Origin: a virus
IMG/VR virus record: IMGVR_UViG_3300045988_144737
Direction: 5' to 3' (one strand)
DNA length: 64,000 nt
Shown: piece after piece, positions 46,036-57,281 of the stretch
Layout of the letters: each line of letters opens with the position of its first letter
Numbering within the stretch: the first letter of the stretch is position 1
Translations under genes and position numbers: made by a program
Notes under the pieces: model-generated
What the model was told of the DNA's origin: nothing
Databases searched by the model: none
Seen by the model: only the letters and a program-made list of their open reading frames with translations

Positions 46036-47643
46036 ATGGCTAATCGAAATTATAAAAACAAACAAAAGCCAATAAAAATAAATAAGCCACAAAGCAATTC
46101 TAAAAAGCCAATTACTTCACAAGAGTTTGGTGAAAGTATTCATGCTTATGCTCAATCTTTAAAAAGAAGCGTAGAACAAGCACAAATGTTAGCTACTTTG
46201 TCGGCTCATAATGGTGTCTCTCAACCTTATTTAGAGGAAAGATTTTTACAAGACATGAATTTCAACCCTGCAGAAGCTACTAGCGATGATATTGAGACTT
46301 GGTTATTAGCACCCCAATATAACGATAGAAAACTAAGGGCGCTATCGCAATATTTGGAGTATGCAGTTGGTCAATACAATCGTTTTGTTCATTATTTTGC
46401 TGATATATTGAGTTTTAATTGTATGTTATTGCCAGGAAGTAGTACGCAAATTAGTAGCTCATCACTAAAATCATATCAAAACAGTTATAGAGTTGCAAGC
46501 GATGTTATTGCTAAAGCGAAGCCAAAACAAAGATTTAGAAGTATGGCGTTGGCAACTATGCAAGATGGTGTTTCTATTTGGCATATAGAAAAAACCGAAA
46601 ATGATATAAACTTTTTGCAATTGCCTACTGATTGGTGTATAATTACATCAAAGTGGGCTTATGGTTGGACTGCTTCATTGGATTTGTCTTATTTTGATAG
46701 AATGGCTTATATTCCTAATATAATTCCTAATCTTTATAAGCAATATGAGTTATTTAATGAAAAAAGAAAAGATGGATTGGCAGGAAAAGCCTTAGCACCA
46801 TATCAATATTTGGCATTAGACCCTAACGAAACATTTGTATTAACTTTTGACCCCAATAAAGCCTTAAAGATACCACCGTTAAGTAATACTTTTGGTAGTG
46901 CTTTAGATATACTTTCGTACAGACAATTATTAAAAGATAAGTCTGCTCTAGAGTTATGGAAAGTGTTATGGGGTAAAATTCCACAAAAGAAGAATACTGA
47001 TGAAATGATTATGCCTTATGAAGAGGCAGCTGAGATTGTAGAAATGATACAATCTACATTACCAGATAATATTACTATGTTTGCCTCTCCTTTTGATATT
47101 GATGATGTATCGACCGCTCAAGCGAGTAATCTAGATAATATCGTTAATTTATCAAATGATACATTTTATGCAGGTGCTGGAACAACGGGGACATTCTTTG
47201 GGGATGACGATACAAAATCCGCAAAGGCTATTACAATCAATGCTAGAAAAGACTATTTATATGTAGCCAAGGCGTTATATCCACAATTTGAATTAATGAT
47301 GGATTGGCAAATTTCAAACGCAACCAAGACATATTCTTGGGTAACAAAATTTAGCGGAAATGACTTAGAAAGAGATGAAGAAATTAATACAGCGTTAAAG
47401 CTAACAACTTCTGCGAACTTTCCAATTCAACATCTTGCTAGTGCAGCTGGTTATTTACCTCATGAATTAGAGGGATTAACATTGTTGGAAAATGAGTTTG
47501 GATTAAAGAGTGCAATGCAACCTCTAACATCGCAATTCCAAGCATCACAAAAAGTCAATGCAACAAGTGGCAGAGATAAAATAGATACTATGAATTTGAG
47601 CGATGAGGGAATAGCAACCAGAGATAGCAGGGGTCAAGAATAG
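46036..47643 (+). CDS. Portal protein
   Basis: 535 aa directly after terL. Call based on size and position, no motif verified. Confidence 0.6.
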   Translation: MANRNYKNKQKPIKINKPQSNSKKPITSQEFGESIHAYAQSLKRSVEQAQMLATLSAHNGVSQPYLEERFLQDMNFNPAEATSDDIETWLLAPQYNDRKLRALSQYLEYAVGQYNRFVHYFADILSFNCMLLPGSSTQISSSSLKSYQNSYRVASDVIAKAKPKQRFRSMALATMQDGVSIWHIEKTENDINFLQLPTDWCIITSKWAYGWTASLDLSYFDRMAYIPNIIPNLYKQYELFNEKRKDGLAGKALAPYQYLALDPNETFVLTFDPNKALKIPPLSNTFGSALDILSYRQLLKDKSALELWKVLWGKIPQKKNTDEMIMPYEEAAEIVEMIQSTLPDNITMFASPFDIDDVSTAQASNLDNIVNLSNDTFYAGAGTTGTFFGDDDTKSAKAITINARKDYLYVAKALYPQFELMMDWQISNATKTYSWVTKFSGNDLERDEEINTALKLTTSANFPIQHLASAAGYLPHELEGLTLLENEFGLKSAMQPLTSQFQASQKVNATSGRDKIDTMNLSDEGIATRDSRGQE

Positions 47644-47649
47644 AAGGGA

Positions 47650-48174
47650 GTGATAAAATTGTTAATTAGCGAAGAAACAAATGAGATGTTGGATAAATTG
47701 GTTCAACAAGGATTTATTTTGAATAGAATATGGGATAGAGGTTTGTCTGTATTAAATGTTAAGTATGCTATGAATAATTTTGAAAAAATATTTCATGAAG
47801 GGTTTGCACATTTATTTCCCATTGCGTGGAGTGATACTATTTCAAATATTCAATCTATGTATAATGTAACTACAAAATACTTACCAACACCATTAGATGA
47901 TTCAGATTACAATAGTCCAAGAGAGTTTTTTTATAAGAACTTAAAATATCATGAAGAAACTTATAACATATTAGTTCAAGCTATAAAAGTAGCTAACGAA
48001 CATGGTGATTATAATGTTTCCAAGGAATTGGATAGCTTTATGAGAACATTTAATAAATTTATGGAACAATCCATATTATTAGTGGATAAAGCCAATGCAG
48101 TCAAAAATGATGATTGGTTTACATTTGATTATATGTGTGATAAATTCTTTGTATTCGATGGTGGTGATGATTAG
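47650..48174 (+). CDS. Hypothetical protein
   Basis: 174-aa ORF. Confidence 0.4.
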   Translation: MIKLLISEETNEMLDKLVQQGFILNRIWDRGLSVLNVKYAMNNFEKIFHEGFAHLFPIAWSDTISNIQSMYNVTTKYLPTPLDDSDYNSPREFFYKNLKYHEETYNILVQAIKVANEHGDYNVSKELDSFMRTFNKFMEQSILLVDKANAVKNDDWFTFDYMCDKFFVFDGGDD

Positions 48175-48401
48175 TGAGAATTGTTAATACCGAAGAAATC
48201 GAAGATAGATTTAAGATTAAATATTTTAAATGTGGTTCTATACCTTTGTGTAAATTTTTAGAACAAAATAATGTATTGCCAGTTGGTGACTTTATAGCTA
48301 AAAATGGCAAAGTTGTATACAAATATGTAGAATGTGAAAGCCTTTCTAAACTCTTAAAAGAGTGGGGATTGAGAAAACAATCAGAAAGGGGTGAAGAGTA
48401 G
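48174..48401 (+). CDS. Hypothetical protein
   Basis: 75-aa ORF, overlapping stop/start on both sides. Confidence 0.4.
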   Translation: MRIVNTEEIEDRFKIKYFKCGSIPLCKFLEQNNVLPVGDFIAKNGKVVYKYVECESLSKLLKEWGLRKQSERGEE

Positions 48402-50152
48402 TGGAAAAAGTTAATAAAATGAATTTGGAATTTTCGTTAGATTATTTAAGCGTTATTGAAGAAGATAAAGATACTTGTTTAGTTTCATTAGATTTGTGTC
48501 ACTTAGGCGTGAATAGAAATAAAACTGACATTGATATGGATTGTATTGAATGTTCTAAAGAAACATTTAGAGATAAACCAATTATTTATCGTCTTAATAA
48601 TAGCGTGATTCCAAGTATGAGTACGGATGTACTAGAACACGCTAGAGATGGCGATGCTACAATGCTAATTGCTGGTCACGTTCCATATTTAACCCCTATC
48701 GAATACGTAGAAAGAGATGGTCGTACCTATGTTCGAGTAATAGGTGTAATTCATAAAGTATATCTTCCTACTTTAATGCGTATTATCGAAAAGCGTGATG
48801 GTAGTTTAAAAATAAGTATTGAAATTATTGTTTTAGATGGTTGGCAACAAGATAATGGTATTCTAAAAATTAATAAAATGAAATTAAGAGGAATTGCTCT
48901 ATTAGGTAGGGATGTACTAGAGGGCATAGAAGGGTCTGAGATGAATGTTATTAAATATTCATACGATGACTATAACAATACTTATTTAAAATTTTCTAAA
49001 AACACAAAATATAAATTGCCTTTAGAATTAAAAAACAATATCAATGATAACATGAACAATTATTTAATCAACAGAAAATCAACAAATAAGGATATTGATT
49101 TAGTCCTTAATGATGTTAAAGATATTGTTTACAATTCTTATATATCTCATAGTAAATTAGTTGAAATTGAAAATAGTATGAAAGAACATAAAGATGGAGA
49201 TATTTATAGTCTTTATGGAGGTAATAAAATGAAAGAATTTATTGAAAGTTCTTTATTTGCCAAAAAGGAAGATTTAGGCAAAGAAAAAGCAATAAAGGTT
49301 AATAAATCAAGTGAAAAAATGTCTGATTCTAGTTGGGGAGACGTAGATAAAACAACACTTAGAAATAAAGTTTTAAGTGCTAAAAACTATAAGACGTTAG
49401 TTAAAGATGTTTATTTGCTTGTTGAACAAGGGTGGGAAAAAAGCCCAAGTTCTAAATTAAAATATCCAGTCATGGAAATTGTTGGAGATACTGCTGTTTA
49501 TAATCGAGGAGGGTTAGCTTCCGCTTTGGGTTATGCTAAAGCCGAGGGTGATACCAAAGTGGTTGATAAGGTAGAAAGTATCTACAAAAAATTAGGATTA
49601 GACAAAGAAAAGGAGGATGCTTCTATGGCAGAAGAAATCAAGAACAAACTTGATAAGGATAACAAAGACATCGAAGAAATCAAAGATGATGCTGAGGCAC
49701 AAGAAGATGATGTCAAAGAAAAAGAAGAAAATGTTAAAAAGAATAAAATCGAACCCCATGATAAAGGCGAAGAGGGATTAGAAGATGATGTTGACGCTGA
49801 CAAAGATTATTGGGAAAAGAAATATGCTATTCTTGAAAACAAATTAAAAGAAATCGAACATGCTAAAAGTGTTGAAGCTATGAACGCTTTAGTAAAAGAA
49901 TATGCTAGTTGCTTGGGCGATGAAGCTGAAACATTTAAAGCTGAAATTGCTAAATTTGGTTGTGGTGAATTGGATGAAGAAAAATTCTCATTAAAAGTAT
50001 ATGCTGCTGTAGCAAAAAATGCTAAGAAAGCAATTGAAGAAATTGATGAAACTAAAAAATTCTCATTTATGCCTATTGATAATACTTCAATGGCTCAAAA
50101 GAACCAAGACCCATTAGAAAGTTTAGCTAAAAAATATAGAAAAGGTAAATAA
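48401..50152 (+). CDS. Putative head morphogenesis/scaffold-like protein with acidic coiled-coil C-terminal third
   Basis: Position between the portal and the capsid genes. K/E/D-rich C-terminal region. Confidence 0.3.
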   Translation: MEKVNKMNLEFSLDYLSVIEEDKDTCLVSLDLCHLGVNRNKTDIDMDCIECSKETFRDKPIIYRLNNSVIPSMSTDVLEHARDGDATMLIAGHVPYLTPIEYVERDGRTYVRVIGVIHKVYLPTLMRIIEKRDGSLKISIEIIVLDGWQQDNGILKINKMKLRGIALLGRDVLEGIEGSEMNVIKYSYDDYNNTYLKFSKNTKYKLPLELKNNINDNMNNYLINRKSTNKDIDLVLNDVKDIVYNSYISHSKLVEIENSMKEHKDGDIYSLYGGNKMKEFIESSLFAKKEDLGKEKAIKVNKSSEKMSDSSWGDVDKTTLRNKVLSAKNYKTLVKDVYLLVEQGWEKSPSSKLKYPVMEIVGDTAVYNRGGLASALGYAKAEGDTKVVDKVESIYKKLGLDKEKEDASMAEEIKNKLDKDNKDIEEIKDDAEAQEDDVKEKEENVKKNKIEPHDKGEEGLEDDVDADKDYWEKKYAILENKLKEIEHAKSVEAMNALVKEYASCLGDEAETFKAEIAKFGCGELDEEKFSLKVYAAVAKNAKKAIEEIDETKKFSFMPIDNTSMAQKNQDPLESLAKKYRKGK

Positions 50153-50168
50153 TTAGGAGGAAATATAT

Positions 50169-50726
50169 ATGGCTATCAAACATTTTTATTGCGCACCAAT
50201 TACTCGTGTGCCTGACCGTTTAGTATTCACTGCAAGCGTTCCAGAAGGACAAACAATCCAAGCTGGTGCAGTATTAACATTAGAAGAATTGGATGCAACA
50301 TTTGGAGCAAGAAACGTTGATGTTTACAAAGGTGCTGCTCCTACTGATATTAAGACTCAAAGATTTGGTTTAGTTATTAATGGTGGTTTTGAACAATTAC
50401 CTGATGGTAGACGCCCAGAAGGACAACCAGACTATACTCAATACGAATTTAAAGAAGGAGATGTTGTTACAGTAGTAATGATTGATAATTATGTTCGTTT
50501 TGAAATTTCTCACGATGCAATTAAGAACGCTACAGCAACTGCTAAAAACTTCTTAATTCCAGTACAAGCTGAGTATGCTTTGGTCAACAATGCCTCTCAT
50601 GCAACTGCTAAATGTTATTTAAGAGTTGAAACTGCTGGTGAATATTTACGTGCTGGTGGTTTATTTGGTGCTGAATTTATCAAAACTGTAATCGCAACTG
50701 GTTTCATCGGTGACGATGTAGCTTAA
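50169..50726 (+). CDS. Abundant structural protein (head-associated, function unknown)
   Basis: TAGGAGGAAAT RBS, and a marked shift to GGT/GCT/ACT-rich codon usage shared with the next gene. Confidence 0.45.
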   Translation: MAIKHFYCAPITRVPDRLVFTASVPEGQTIQAGAVLTLEELDATFGARNVDVYKGAAPTDIKTQRFGLVINGGFEQLPDGRRPEGQPDYTQYEFKEGDVVTVVMIDNYVRFEISHDAIKNATATAKNFLIPVQAEYALVNNASHATAKCYLRVETAGEYLRAGGLFGAEFIKTVIATGFIGDDVA

Positions 50727-50750
50727 TAAGGAAAGAGAGGATAATATAAG

Positions 50751-51890
50751 ATGGAAAAAGTAATTAATGTAGTACAAAACTTCTCAGCTACTGACAACGA
50801 GGCAGCTGTGATTGTTGATGGGTTAACTGAATTAGCTTTAGCTTATAGTTCAGACCATTATGTAAGCAAAGGTTTATGTGATGACTCATTCAAAATGGAT
50901 AAAAAAGAATATTCTCATAAAAACAAAAACGTTAAAGATGCGTTATTAGGATATTGTGCTTCTAAATCTGGTTTAGAACATTTATCATTAAACACAAAAG
51001 AAGGAGTTGCAAGAGCGTTTTCTAACCCGACTTTTGGTGCTTTATATAATTCAATTGTAGTTGAGGCAATTTCAGGAGTTGTAGCTAACTCTAACCCAAC
51101 TGCTTTATTAAATTTATGTAATATCGAAACAGTAGGATTAGGAGATTCTTATACTGCTGAAATTGAACCAAAAGGGTTACCTGTTGCACAAAGAAGTTCT
51201 TATATGACAAATGTAACTCGTTTAAACGGTGTTACTAAACAAAGTATCACAATCACTCCAAAAGAATACGCTTTAGGTGTTCAAATGGATTATATTCGTA
51301 TTGTTGATAGAACATTTGATTTTGGTAAAGAAGTGGCTAAAGTTGCTATGGCTTTATTATATGCTCAATATCAATTAGTTGCTGGATTAATTTTCGATAC
51401 TAATAAATTAAATGGTACACCATTCTATTCTGCTACTTATGCAAGTGATAAAGTGGTTAAAATGATTAGTGATTTACAAGCTGTAAACGGTGGTGCTGAA
51501 GTTAAGGCTTATGGTACTTTAACTGCATTTAACAAAGCTGGTACTATCGCTACAACTAACTTTGGTTTTGAAAGTCAAGACCAAATGATTAGAGATGGTT
51601 TCTTAGGTCGTGCTTTTGGTGTTGATAACATTGTTATCCCACAAGCTACTGATTTATCACAACCATTCACTGGAGAGGCTCCAACAATCTTATTGCCTGC
51701 TGACGTAATTGTATTATTAAGTTCAGTTGGTGACAAACCAGTAACATTAGTTCGTGAAAATTATGCTTATGCAAAAGAAACAGATGCTACTCGTGGTTCA
51801 TTACACAAAGTAAGCTATTCTTATCATATGCAATTTGATGCTGCTATTGTTACACAAGCACATTATGGTTTAATTAAAGTTGCTCAATAA
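50751..51890 (+). CDS. Major capsid protein (putative)
   Basis: 379 aa, highly-expressed codon usage, followed by a hairpin terminator. Call based on position. Confidence 0.6.
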   Translation: MEKVINVVQNFSATDNEAAVIVDGLTELALAYSSDHYVSKGLCDDSFKMDKKEYSHKNKNVKDALLGYCASKSGLEHLSLNTKEGVARAFSNPTFGALYNSIVVEAISGVVANSNPTALLNLCNIETVGLGDSYTAEIEPKGLPVAQRSSYMTNVTRLNGVTKQSITITPKEYALGVQMDYIRIVDRTFDFGKEVAKVAMALLYAQYQLVAGLIFDTNKLNGTPFYSATYASDKVVKMISDLQAVNGGAEVKAYGTLTAFNKAGTIATTNFGFESQDQMIRDGFLGRAFGVDNIVIPQATDLSQPFTGEAPTILLPADVIVLLSSVGDKPVTLVRENYAYAKETDATRGSLHKVSYSYHMQFDAAIVTQAHYGLIKVAQ

Positions 51891-51922
51891 TTGTAAAAAT
51901 AATATAGTGGAATAATGATATT

Positions 51923-51943
51923 GGCTAGGGTTTATTCCTAGCC
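51923..51943 (+). terminator. Hairpin terminator after the capsid gene
   Basis: GGCTAGG-GTTTATT-CCTAGCC then TCTTAT. Confidence 0.5.
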
Positions 51944-51978
51944 TCTTATATCATTGTTGTAGAAAGGAAATTGATATA

Positions 51979-52740
51979 ATGGAAAACAAACAAGTAAATA
52001 TCTCGTCTGAAAATGATGAAACAAAAGAAGCAAAGACGCCAAAACGTGGTAATGCCAAAAAGAAAGAGCCAAAGGTTGTGCAAAAAACCAAAGATGCCAA
52101 AGATGAAGAACTTGAATTAATGAAAAAACAATTAGCCGAAGTAAATGAAATGTTAAAACAACAAAGTGCTTTGGTTGAAATGTTTAAACAACAAGCCCAA
52201 CAAGCTAATCAACTTCAACAAGCCACGATTGAAACAAAAGCCGATGATGATTTAGGTGAAACTATTATGGTGGGTTGTAATGCGGTTTATGGTGTTACGC
52301 TAACATCACAAAAAGGCGATGTGGTTCTCCAATTTGAATATGGGGAAGAAGTTGAATGTGATAGAGCGGATTTAAAAGAAGTATTTAAGAAAGCGTCTAA
52401 TAAAAAAGTATTTGAACAAGGGCTTTGTTATTTTGATGATGACAATGAATATAAAGAATTCAGAATTAAACGTACATTTATTTATGATGAAGATGAAATC
52501 ATGGATTTAATTAATGGTGGAGACGCCAACCAAATTTATAGTTGGCTAGATGGTAAGACCAAAACTAAAACTAACATAGATATTATGCACATGATTCTAT
52601 ATAAATTAGCTGACTTAGAATTGGATAAAAGATTAGAACGTATTCCTTATGCAAGTAGGGCTACTATCGAAAAATTCTTTGGAGTAGAATTAGTTCAAGC
52701 AGCTAATTCTTTACAAATTTTAAAAAATTTAGTTCACTAA
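51979..52740 (+). CDS. Hypothetical structural-module protein
   Basis: 253 aa, K-rich and Q-rich N-terminal region. Confidence 0.4.
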   Translation: MENKQVNISSENDETKEAKTPKRGNAKKKEPKVVQKTKDAKDEELELMKKQLAEVNEMLKQQSALVEMFKQQAQQANQLQQATIETKADDDLGETIMVGCNAVYGVTLTSQKGDVVLQFEYGEEVECDRADLKEVFKKASNKKVFEQGLCYFDDDNEYKEFRIKRTFIYDEDEIMDLINGGDANQIYSWLDGKTKTKTNIDIMHMILYKLADLELDKRLERIPYASRATIEKFFGVELVQAANSLQILKNLVH

Positions 52741-52766
52741 TATAACAATGAATGGAGGGAGTATTG

Positions 52767-53447
52767 ATGACTACATTTGAAGAAATATATTGTTTAAACG
52801 AAGTTATTAGAAAAGACCCTAAATTGGCTAAACTTCCTCTATATCAATTTTATTCTTTGTGTTATCGACAATTACAATATGCCATAGGGGCATTTTTGTA
52901 TGATTGCCATAAAGACCTAACTAAAATAAAGGGATATAGCGAGAGCGAATATTTTTTTGATGGAGATGGGGTAGAAACCCAATTTCAATTAGACCCAATC
53001 CCACAAGACGGTCAAACCAATATTTGGGTTGGTACAAAAAGAGATGATGATGATTATTATGTGGAGTTATTTGGTTACCAATATGACCCACTTACTCATA
53101 TTATCACCTTTGACCAAGCCCCACAAGTGGGGTTGTCTATTTTAGTAGGTGCTTATGAAATAGGATATTTTGAAGAAACTTTGGATATAGATGAAAAAAT
53201 TATTCTTGCTGAGGGTATGAATATTCCTTTTTTGGAGGCATATGCAGCAAATGACAGGTCGCTGAATCAAATTGTTTATAGTAACAGTTATAAAGTTCAT
53301 AGTCAAGCTGAACAAATTAAACAATTATCAAACTTATCTATTACTCAATGGAGAGATAGAGTTCATGATTTAATTGTAAAATATAGTTATCGAAAATCAA
53401 AAGATAAACTTAAAAGATTAGCAGGTAGGCGTATGTATGGTCGCTAA
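52767..53447 (+). CDS. Hypothetical head-tail joining module protein
   Basis: ATG 52767 after GGAGGGAG. Confidence 0.4.
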   Translation: MTTFEEIYCLNEVIRKDPKLAKLPLYQFYSLCYRQLQYAIGAFLYDCHKDLTKIKGYSESEYFFDGDGVETQFQLDPIPQDGQTNIWVGTKRDDDDYYVELFGYQYDPLTHIITFDQAPQVGLSILVGAYEIGYFEETLDIDEKIILAEGMNIPFLEAYAANDRSLNQIVYSNSYKVHSQAEQIKQLSNLSITQWRDRVHDLIVKYSYRKSKDKLKRLAGRRMYGR

Positions 53448-54444
53448 GCCAAAGAGAACAAGAGGTTGTTCTTCTATGATTATGGATATTATGAACAAGG
53501 GCGATTCCTTAAAAGATAGCACTAGCGATATTGTTCAAGATGGATTTGAAGATGCAGTGGATTTTGAATGGGTTTATAAAAATATGGACTATGATAAAAA
53601 ATATAAAACATGGATTATGGAAGGAAATTCTGACGATAAGACATTGGGTTATAAAAAAATGTTATCATATCCTTATCAAACTTTGCAATTTGGAATAGGT
53701 GATTATATTCATTTTAATTATTTGCACATTCGTGATGTTCCCCAAAAGTGGACTACATGGTTATTAATTTCATTAGATACATTGAGATTATTTAATGTTA
53801 ATGGAAGGATGGTTCCTTGCAACCAAACTTTAAATATGTCAACTTCGGAGGGAGTTGTTTCTTATCCTTGTAATTTTGAGGACACTATGAAATATACGAC
53901 TTTAGACATGGGGCAACATGGTTTTGTAGAGCCTAATTGTGATATTGTTGTATATGTTCAAAACAATAAAGACACAAAAAATATCTATATCAACCAAAGA
54001 TTTTTGTTTAACGGTAGGGCATATGTTGTTATTCAATATAATAATAGTATTAATAACGGTTTATTAAAACTATTTATGAATAAGGTTTCTGAGCAACCAG
54101 AGGACGACTTGGAAAAAGATATTGCATGGAATGGAAATAATTATACACCAACTTATGTTGATGGAATTAATATTACTCCTAGCGATGTTACTAGTTTAAA
54201 GCAAGGCGAATCGCAAGAGTATGAGGTTAGATATTATAGTAATGGAAAACCTAATGACGATGCTTTTGAAATAACATCAATGGGTGTTCCCCAACAATAT
54301 TATTCTATTGAAAATGTTGGAAATAATAAATTTACTATTAAATGCAATAAACAATATAGAGCAAACTCGTTGACAATAAAATTAAAAGATATAGAAAATC
54401 AAGAGGTTAAAGATTTAGAAATTTGGTTAAGGGGTGTTGTATAA
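53437..54444 (+). CDS. Hypothetical structural protein
   Basis: 335-aa ORF overlapping the upstream stop. Confidence 0.4.
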   Translation: MVAKPKRTRGCSSMIMDIMNKGDSLKDSTSDIVQDGFEDAVDFEWVYKNMDYDKKYKTWIMEGNSDDKTLGYKKMLSYPYQTLQFGIGDYIHFNYLHIRDVPQKWTTWLLISLDTLRLFNVNGRMVPCNQTLNMSTSEGVVSYPCNFEDTMKYTTLDMGQHGFVEPNCDIVVYVQNNKDTKNIYINQRFLFNGRAYVVIQYNNSINNGLLKLFMNKVSEQPEDDLEKDIAWNGNNYTPTYVDGINITPSDVTSLKQGESQEYEVRYYSNGKPNDDAFEITSMGVPQQYYSIENVGNNKFTIKCNKQYRANSLTIKLKDIENQEVKDLEIWLRGVV

Positions 54445-54445
54445 A

Positions 54446-55021
54446 ATGGATAATGTCAATAATTTTAGAGATTACGCAAGCTACAAATCAATTAGAACTA
54501 TCCCATATGATGTAATTAATTATTTGGCGATTAATTGTCCTAATTTGTGGAAACTATTAAAATACGAAAATCCAATGGGAAAAAGTGATTTGTCACAAGA
54601 AGAAATAAAAGGTATGATTGCTCCTAGTTCTATACACTTAGAGAATTATAATGTTGCATTTCAAAAATTCTCTGATGAAGCTATGACGAGCGATAAAGGA
54701 GAGGTTTTCTCGCAACTAAGAATACAAGTGTTGAATGGGTATTCCCAAGATACGCAAGTGGCTAAGGTTAATATATTGTTGCAAATTATTGTAAATAATC
54801 GAAAAATGATATGCGATACAGACCAAGTCGCATACGACAATAGAGCAACTGCTATAATGCAAGAATTGGTAGATGCTCTAAATGGAAAGCCATTATATGA
54901 TAATGGTAGATATTTATTCTTGAATGGACTAGAAGATTATAGCGGTGGTTTTAAATTGGTTAATTTTAATAATGAATATAGTGGTTATAATCTAATCATG
55001 ACTACTATTGTATCTGATTAA
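54446..55021 (+). CDS. Hypothetical structural protein
   Basis: ATG 54446 after AAGGGG, just past the upstream stop. Confidence 0.4.
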   Translation: MDNVNNFRDYASYKSIRTIPYDVINYLAINCPNLWKLLKYENPMGKSDLSQEEIKGMIAPSSIHLENYNVAFQKFSDEAMTSDKGEVFSQLRIQVLNGYSQDTQVAKVNILLQIIVNNRKMICDTDQVAYDNRATAIMQELVDALNGKPLYDNGRYLFLNGLEDYSGGFKLVNFNNEYSGYNLIMTTIVSD

Positions 55022-55977
55022 TGGAACTACAAGATTTTTATAATGATGATAACGACATATGGGGAAAACCACAAACTTTTAAAAATTTAGAGTTTTACCC
55101 CATTCTTGTTGTTGAGAAATATAAAGAAAACCTAGTTTCCATAATCTTATGTCACTCTAAAAAAGAATTTATATATCCAACCATGAGCGTATTGGAGAGA
55201 AAGGCGATATATAAAGCCTCTTATCTAAAGGCGTTATTGATTGCTTATTTGTTCACTAATCCAATCTCATTTGTTAATATTCAAAAAATAATACAAGAAA
55301 TGTTGTTTGATGTTTGCAAGCTAGAAGAGGTGTATGGTTGCTCCAAAGATGATATTAATAAAATCATTAGGATAACAACAAATATTGAGATAGATAGTGT
55401 TGATGCTTTGAGTTTAGCTCAAATTAAAATAATAATTTCTATCGATGGTAGAGAAGAAGTTGTGTTCGATGAAAGTGATTTTGATTTAATAAGGCAATTG
55501 ATATTAAAACAAAATGCAATAAGCATTAAGCGCATTGAACAGTATCATAAAGATATGGAAGAAAAATTAATTGAGTTAAGCAAAGATAATCCACCTCAAT
55601 CATTTTCAGATGAGATATTTAATTTTGCTAGTTTATCGGGTTTAGCTATTAATGATGATAAATTTGTTAAATATACATTATATCAATTCAGGCATCATTT
55701 ATACTTCCTAAGACAACAAAAGGATTTTGAAGTCATGTACCCTTTGGCAGTGTCTGGAAAAGTTAAATTTGATAGAAAAATTAATTATTATGCAAACCCT
55801 TATGTCGAAAAGGGTAGATACGATGGCTTATTAGTTACTCAAAGTGATTTTGAGAATAGTGATTTGTCTAAGTCGGTAGGAAATATTGATTTAGACAAGC
55901 CAAAAGATGGGGTCGCTTCTCAAAAGAATGTTTTTATTGATAAAATAAATAAGGCAACTAAAGGTCAAGTAAAATAA
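55021..55977 (+). CDS. Hypothetical structural protein
   Basis: 318-aa ORF, ATGA-type overlap with the upstream stop. Confidence 0.4.
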   Translation: MELQDFYNDDNDIWGKPQTFKNLEFYPILVVEKYKENLVSIILCHSKKEFIYPTMSVLERKAIYKASYLKALLIAYLFTNPISFVNIQKIIQEMLFDVCKLEEVYGCSKDDINKIIRITTNIEIDSVDALSLAQIKIIISIDGREEVVFDESDFDLIRQLILKQNAISIKRIEQYHKDMEEKLIELSKDNPPQSFSDEIFNFASLSGLAINDDKFVKYTLYQFRHHLYFLRQQKDFEVMYPLAVSGKVKFDRKINYYANPYVEKGRYDGLLVTQSDFENSDLSKSVGNIDLDKPKDGVASQKNVFIDKINKATKGQVK

Positions 55978-56002
55978 ATAAAAAATTTAGGAGGAAATAT
56001 AT

Positions 56003-57052
56003 ATGGCAAAAAAATTTGCTGTTTCTGTAGCTAACGTTGTTGCTCGTGATACTTCAACTGGTAACGGTTTATTTTGGGGTACTACTTCAACTTCAACTGC
56101 TGTTAATATGGCTATGACTGCTACTGATGTTCGTGGTGGTATTAACAACGTAATGCAAGCACGTTATATGCACGATAAAACTATTACTTGTACTATCACA
56201 AAACCTACATTTAGTAAAGTGTTCTTACCATTAAATGCTGGTTCTGATATTCAAAATAAAAACATCAAGGTAGTACAAACTGAATGTATTACTTTAGATG
56301 CCAGTGGTAAAGGAGAGTTATCTAAAACTCCTGTTGGTAGAGTATCTGTTTTCTATGATGAAGATACTGTAACAGTAGTGGATGCTAGTCAAAAAGAAAT
56401 TACAGTGGTTGGCGGAAAAGGAAAAATGGTTACTGCTATTTATGATGCTATGGAAACTGTCGATGTTTTAAGCATTGAAACAAAAGAGCCACCAAAAGTT
56501 GTTGATTTAACTCTAATTATCGAAATTAGAAACGAAGCTATGGAATTAGTAGAATACTTACATTACAATATTCCACGTTTCCAAATTGATGGTAACTATG
56601 AATTAGCATTAAGTGCTGATGGTGTTTCTAGTGAAACATTAACTGGTACTGCGTTAAATGTTTCTGGTCAAGATTGTACTAGTGGAGACGTTTATGCTTA
56701 CGTTAAATGGGTTCCTGTTTTAGAAGATGCTTTATCTGAAATTGGTGGAGTTGTAATTACTAATGGAGATATTACAGCAACTCATGGGATGCAAAAAACG
56801 GTTCAATTAAATGTAATTGGTTTACGTGGTGGTGTAAAAGGAGATATTGAAATTCCTGCTACTGATGCCAAATTAGGGTTTGCGGTTGCAACGAAGCCAG
56901 CAGCTACTGGTTCTAATATTTCTGTAGGAGCGAAAACAGGTATTGTAACTATTGCTACTGGAGCGCAAGTTAATGATAACGCTGTTATTACAGTAACTTA
57001 TACTAATGGCGGAACTATTTACAAAGATTCTATCCTTGTAACTGTATCATAA
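56003..57052 (+). CDS. Major tail protein with C-terminal Ig-like (Big_2-like) domain (putative)
   Basis: TAGGAGGAAAT RBS, highly-expressed codon usage, C-terminal ..TVQLNVIGL..VTYTNGGTIYKDSILVTV, two genes upstream of the chaperone/TMP block. Confidence 0.55.
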   Translation: MAKKFAVSVANVVARDTSTGNGLFWGTTSTSTAVNMAMTATDVRGGINNVMQARYMHDKTITCTITKPTFSKVFLPLNAGSDIQNKNIKVVQTECITLDASGKGELSKTPVGRVSVFYDEDTVTVVDASQKEITVVGGKGKMVTAIYDAMETVDVLSIETKEPPKVVDLTLIIEIRNEAMELVEYLHYNIPRFQIDGNYELALSADGVSSETLTGTALNVSGQDCTSGDVYAYVKWVPVLEDALSEIGGVVITNGDITATHGMQKTVQLNVIGLRGGVKGDIEIPATDAKLGFAVATKPAATGSNISVGAKTGIVTIATGAQVNDNAVITVTYTNGGTIYKDSILVTVS

Positions 57053-57054
57053 TT

Positions 57055-57273
57055 ATGTCTTTTTGTAAATTTGGTCGTGAGCAAAGAGAGGGTAGTGGAG
57101 TATATTATATATGTTCTCAAACAAATGGGGCATGTATGTTCAGTAGATGGTGTAATCTTGAAAACAAGTTTAAACCATCTGCAAACTATCAATCTTGCAC
57201 ACTAAAAGACAAACAAGAAGGACTTGTGATTACTCGTGGGGCAAAGGCTAGAAGTTCTAAGAAACAAAAATAA
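57055..57273 (+). CDS. Small Cys-rich basic protein
   Basis: 72-aa ORF. Confidence 0.35.
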   Translation: MSFCKFGREQREGSGVYYICSQTNGACMFSRWCNLENKFKPSANYQSCTLKDKQEGLVITRGAKARSSKKQK

Positions 57274-57281
57274 CAACGATA

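Noticed and set aside
43574-53324. Minus-strand ORFs inside terS, terL, the 48401 gene and the 52767 gene (43574, 43725, 44846, 45072, 48119, 49582, 53142)
   Set aside because: Antisense to well-supported structural or packaging genes. No signals, low-complexity products.
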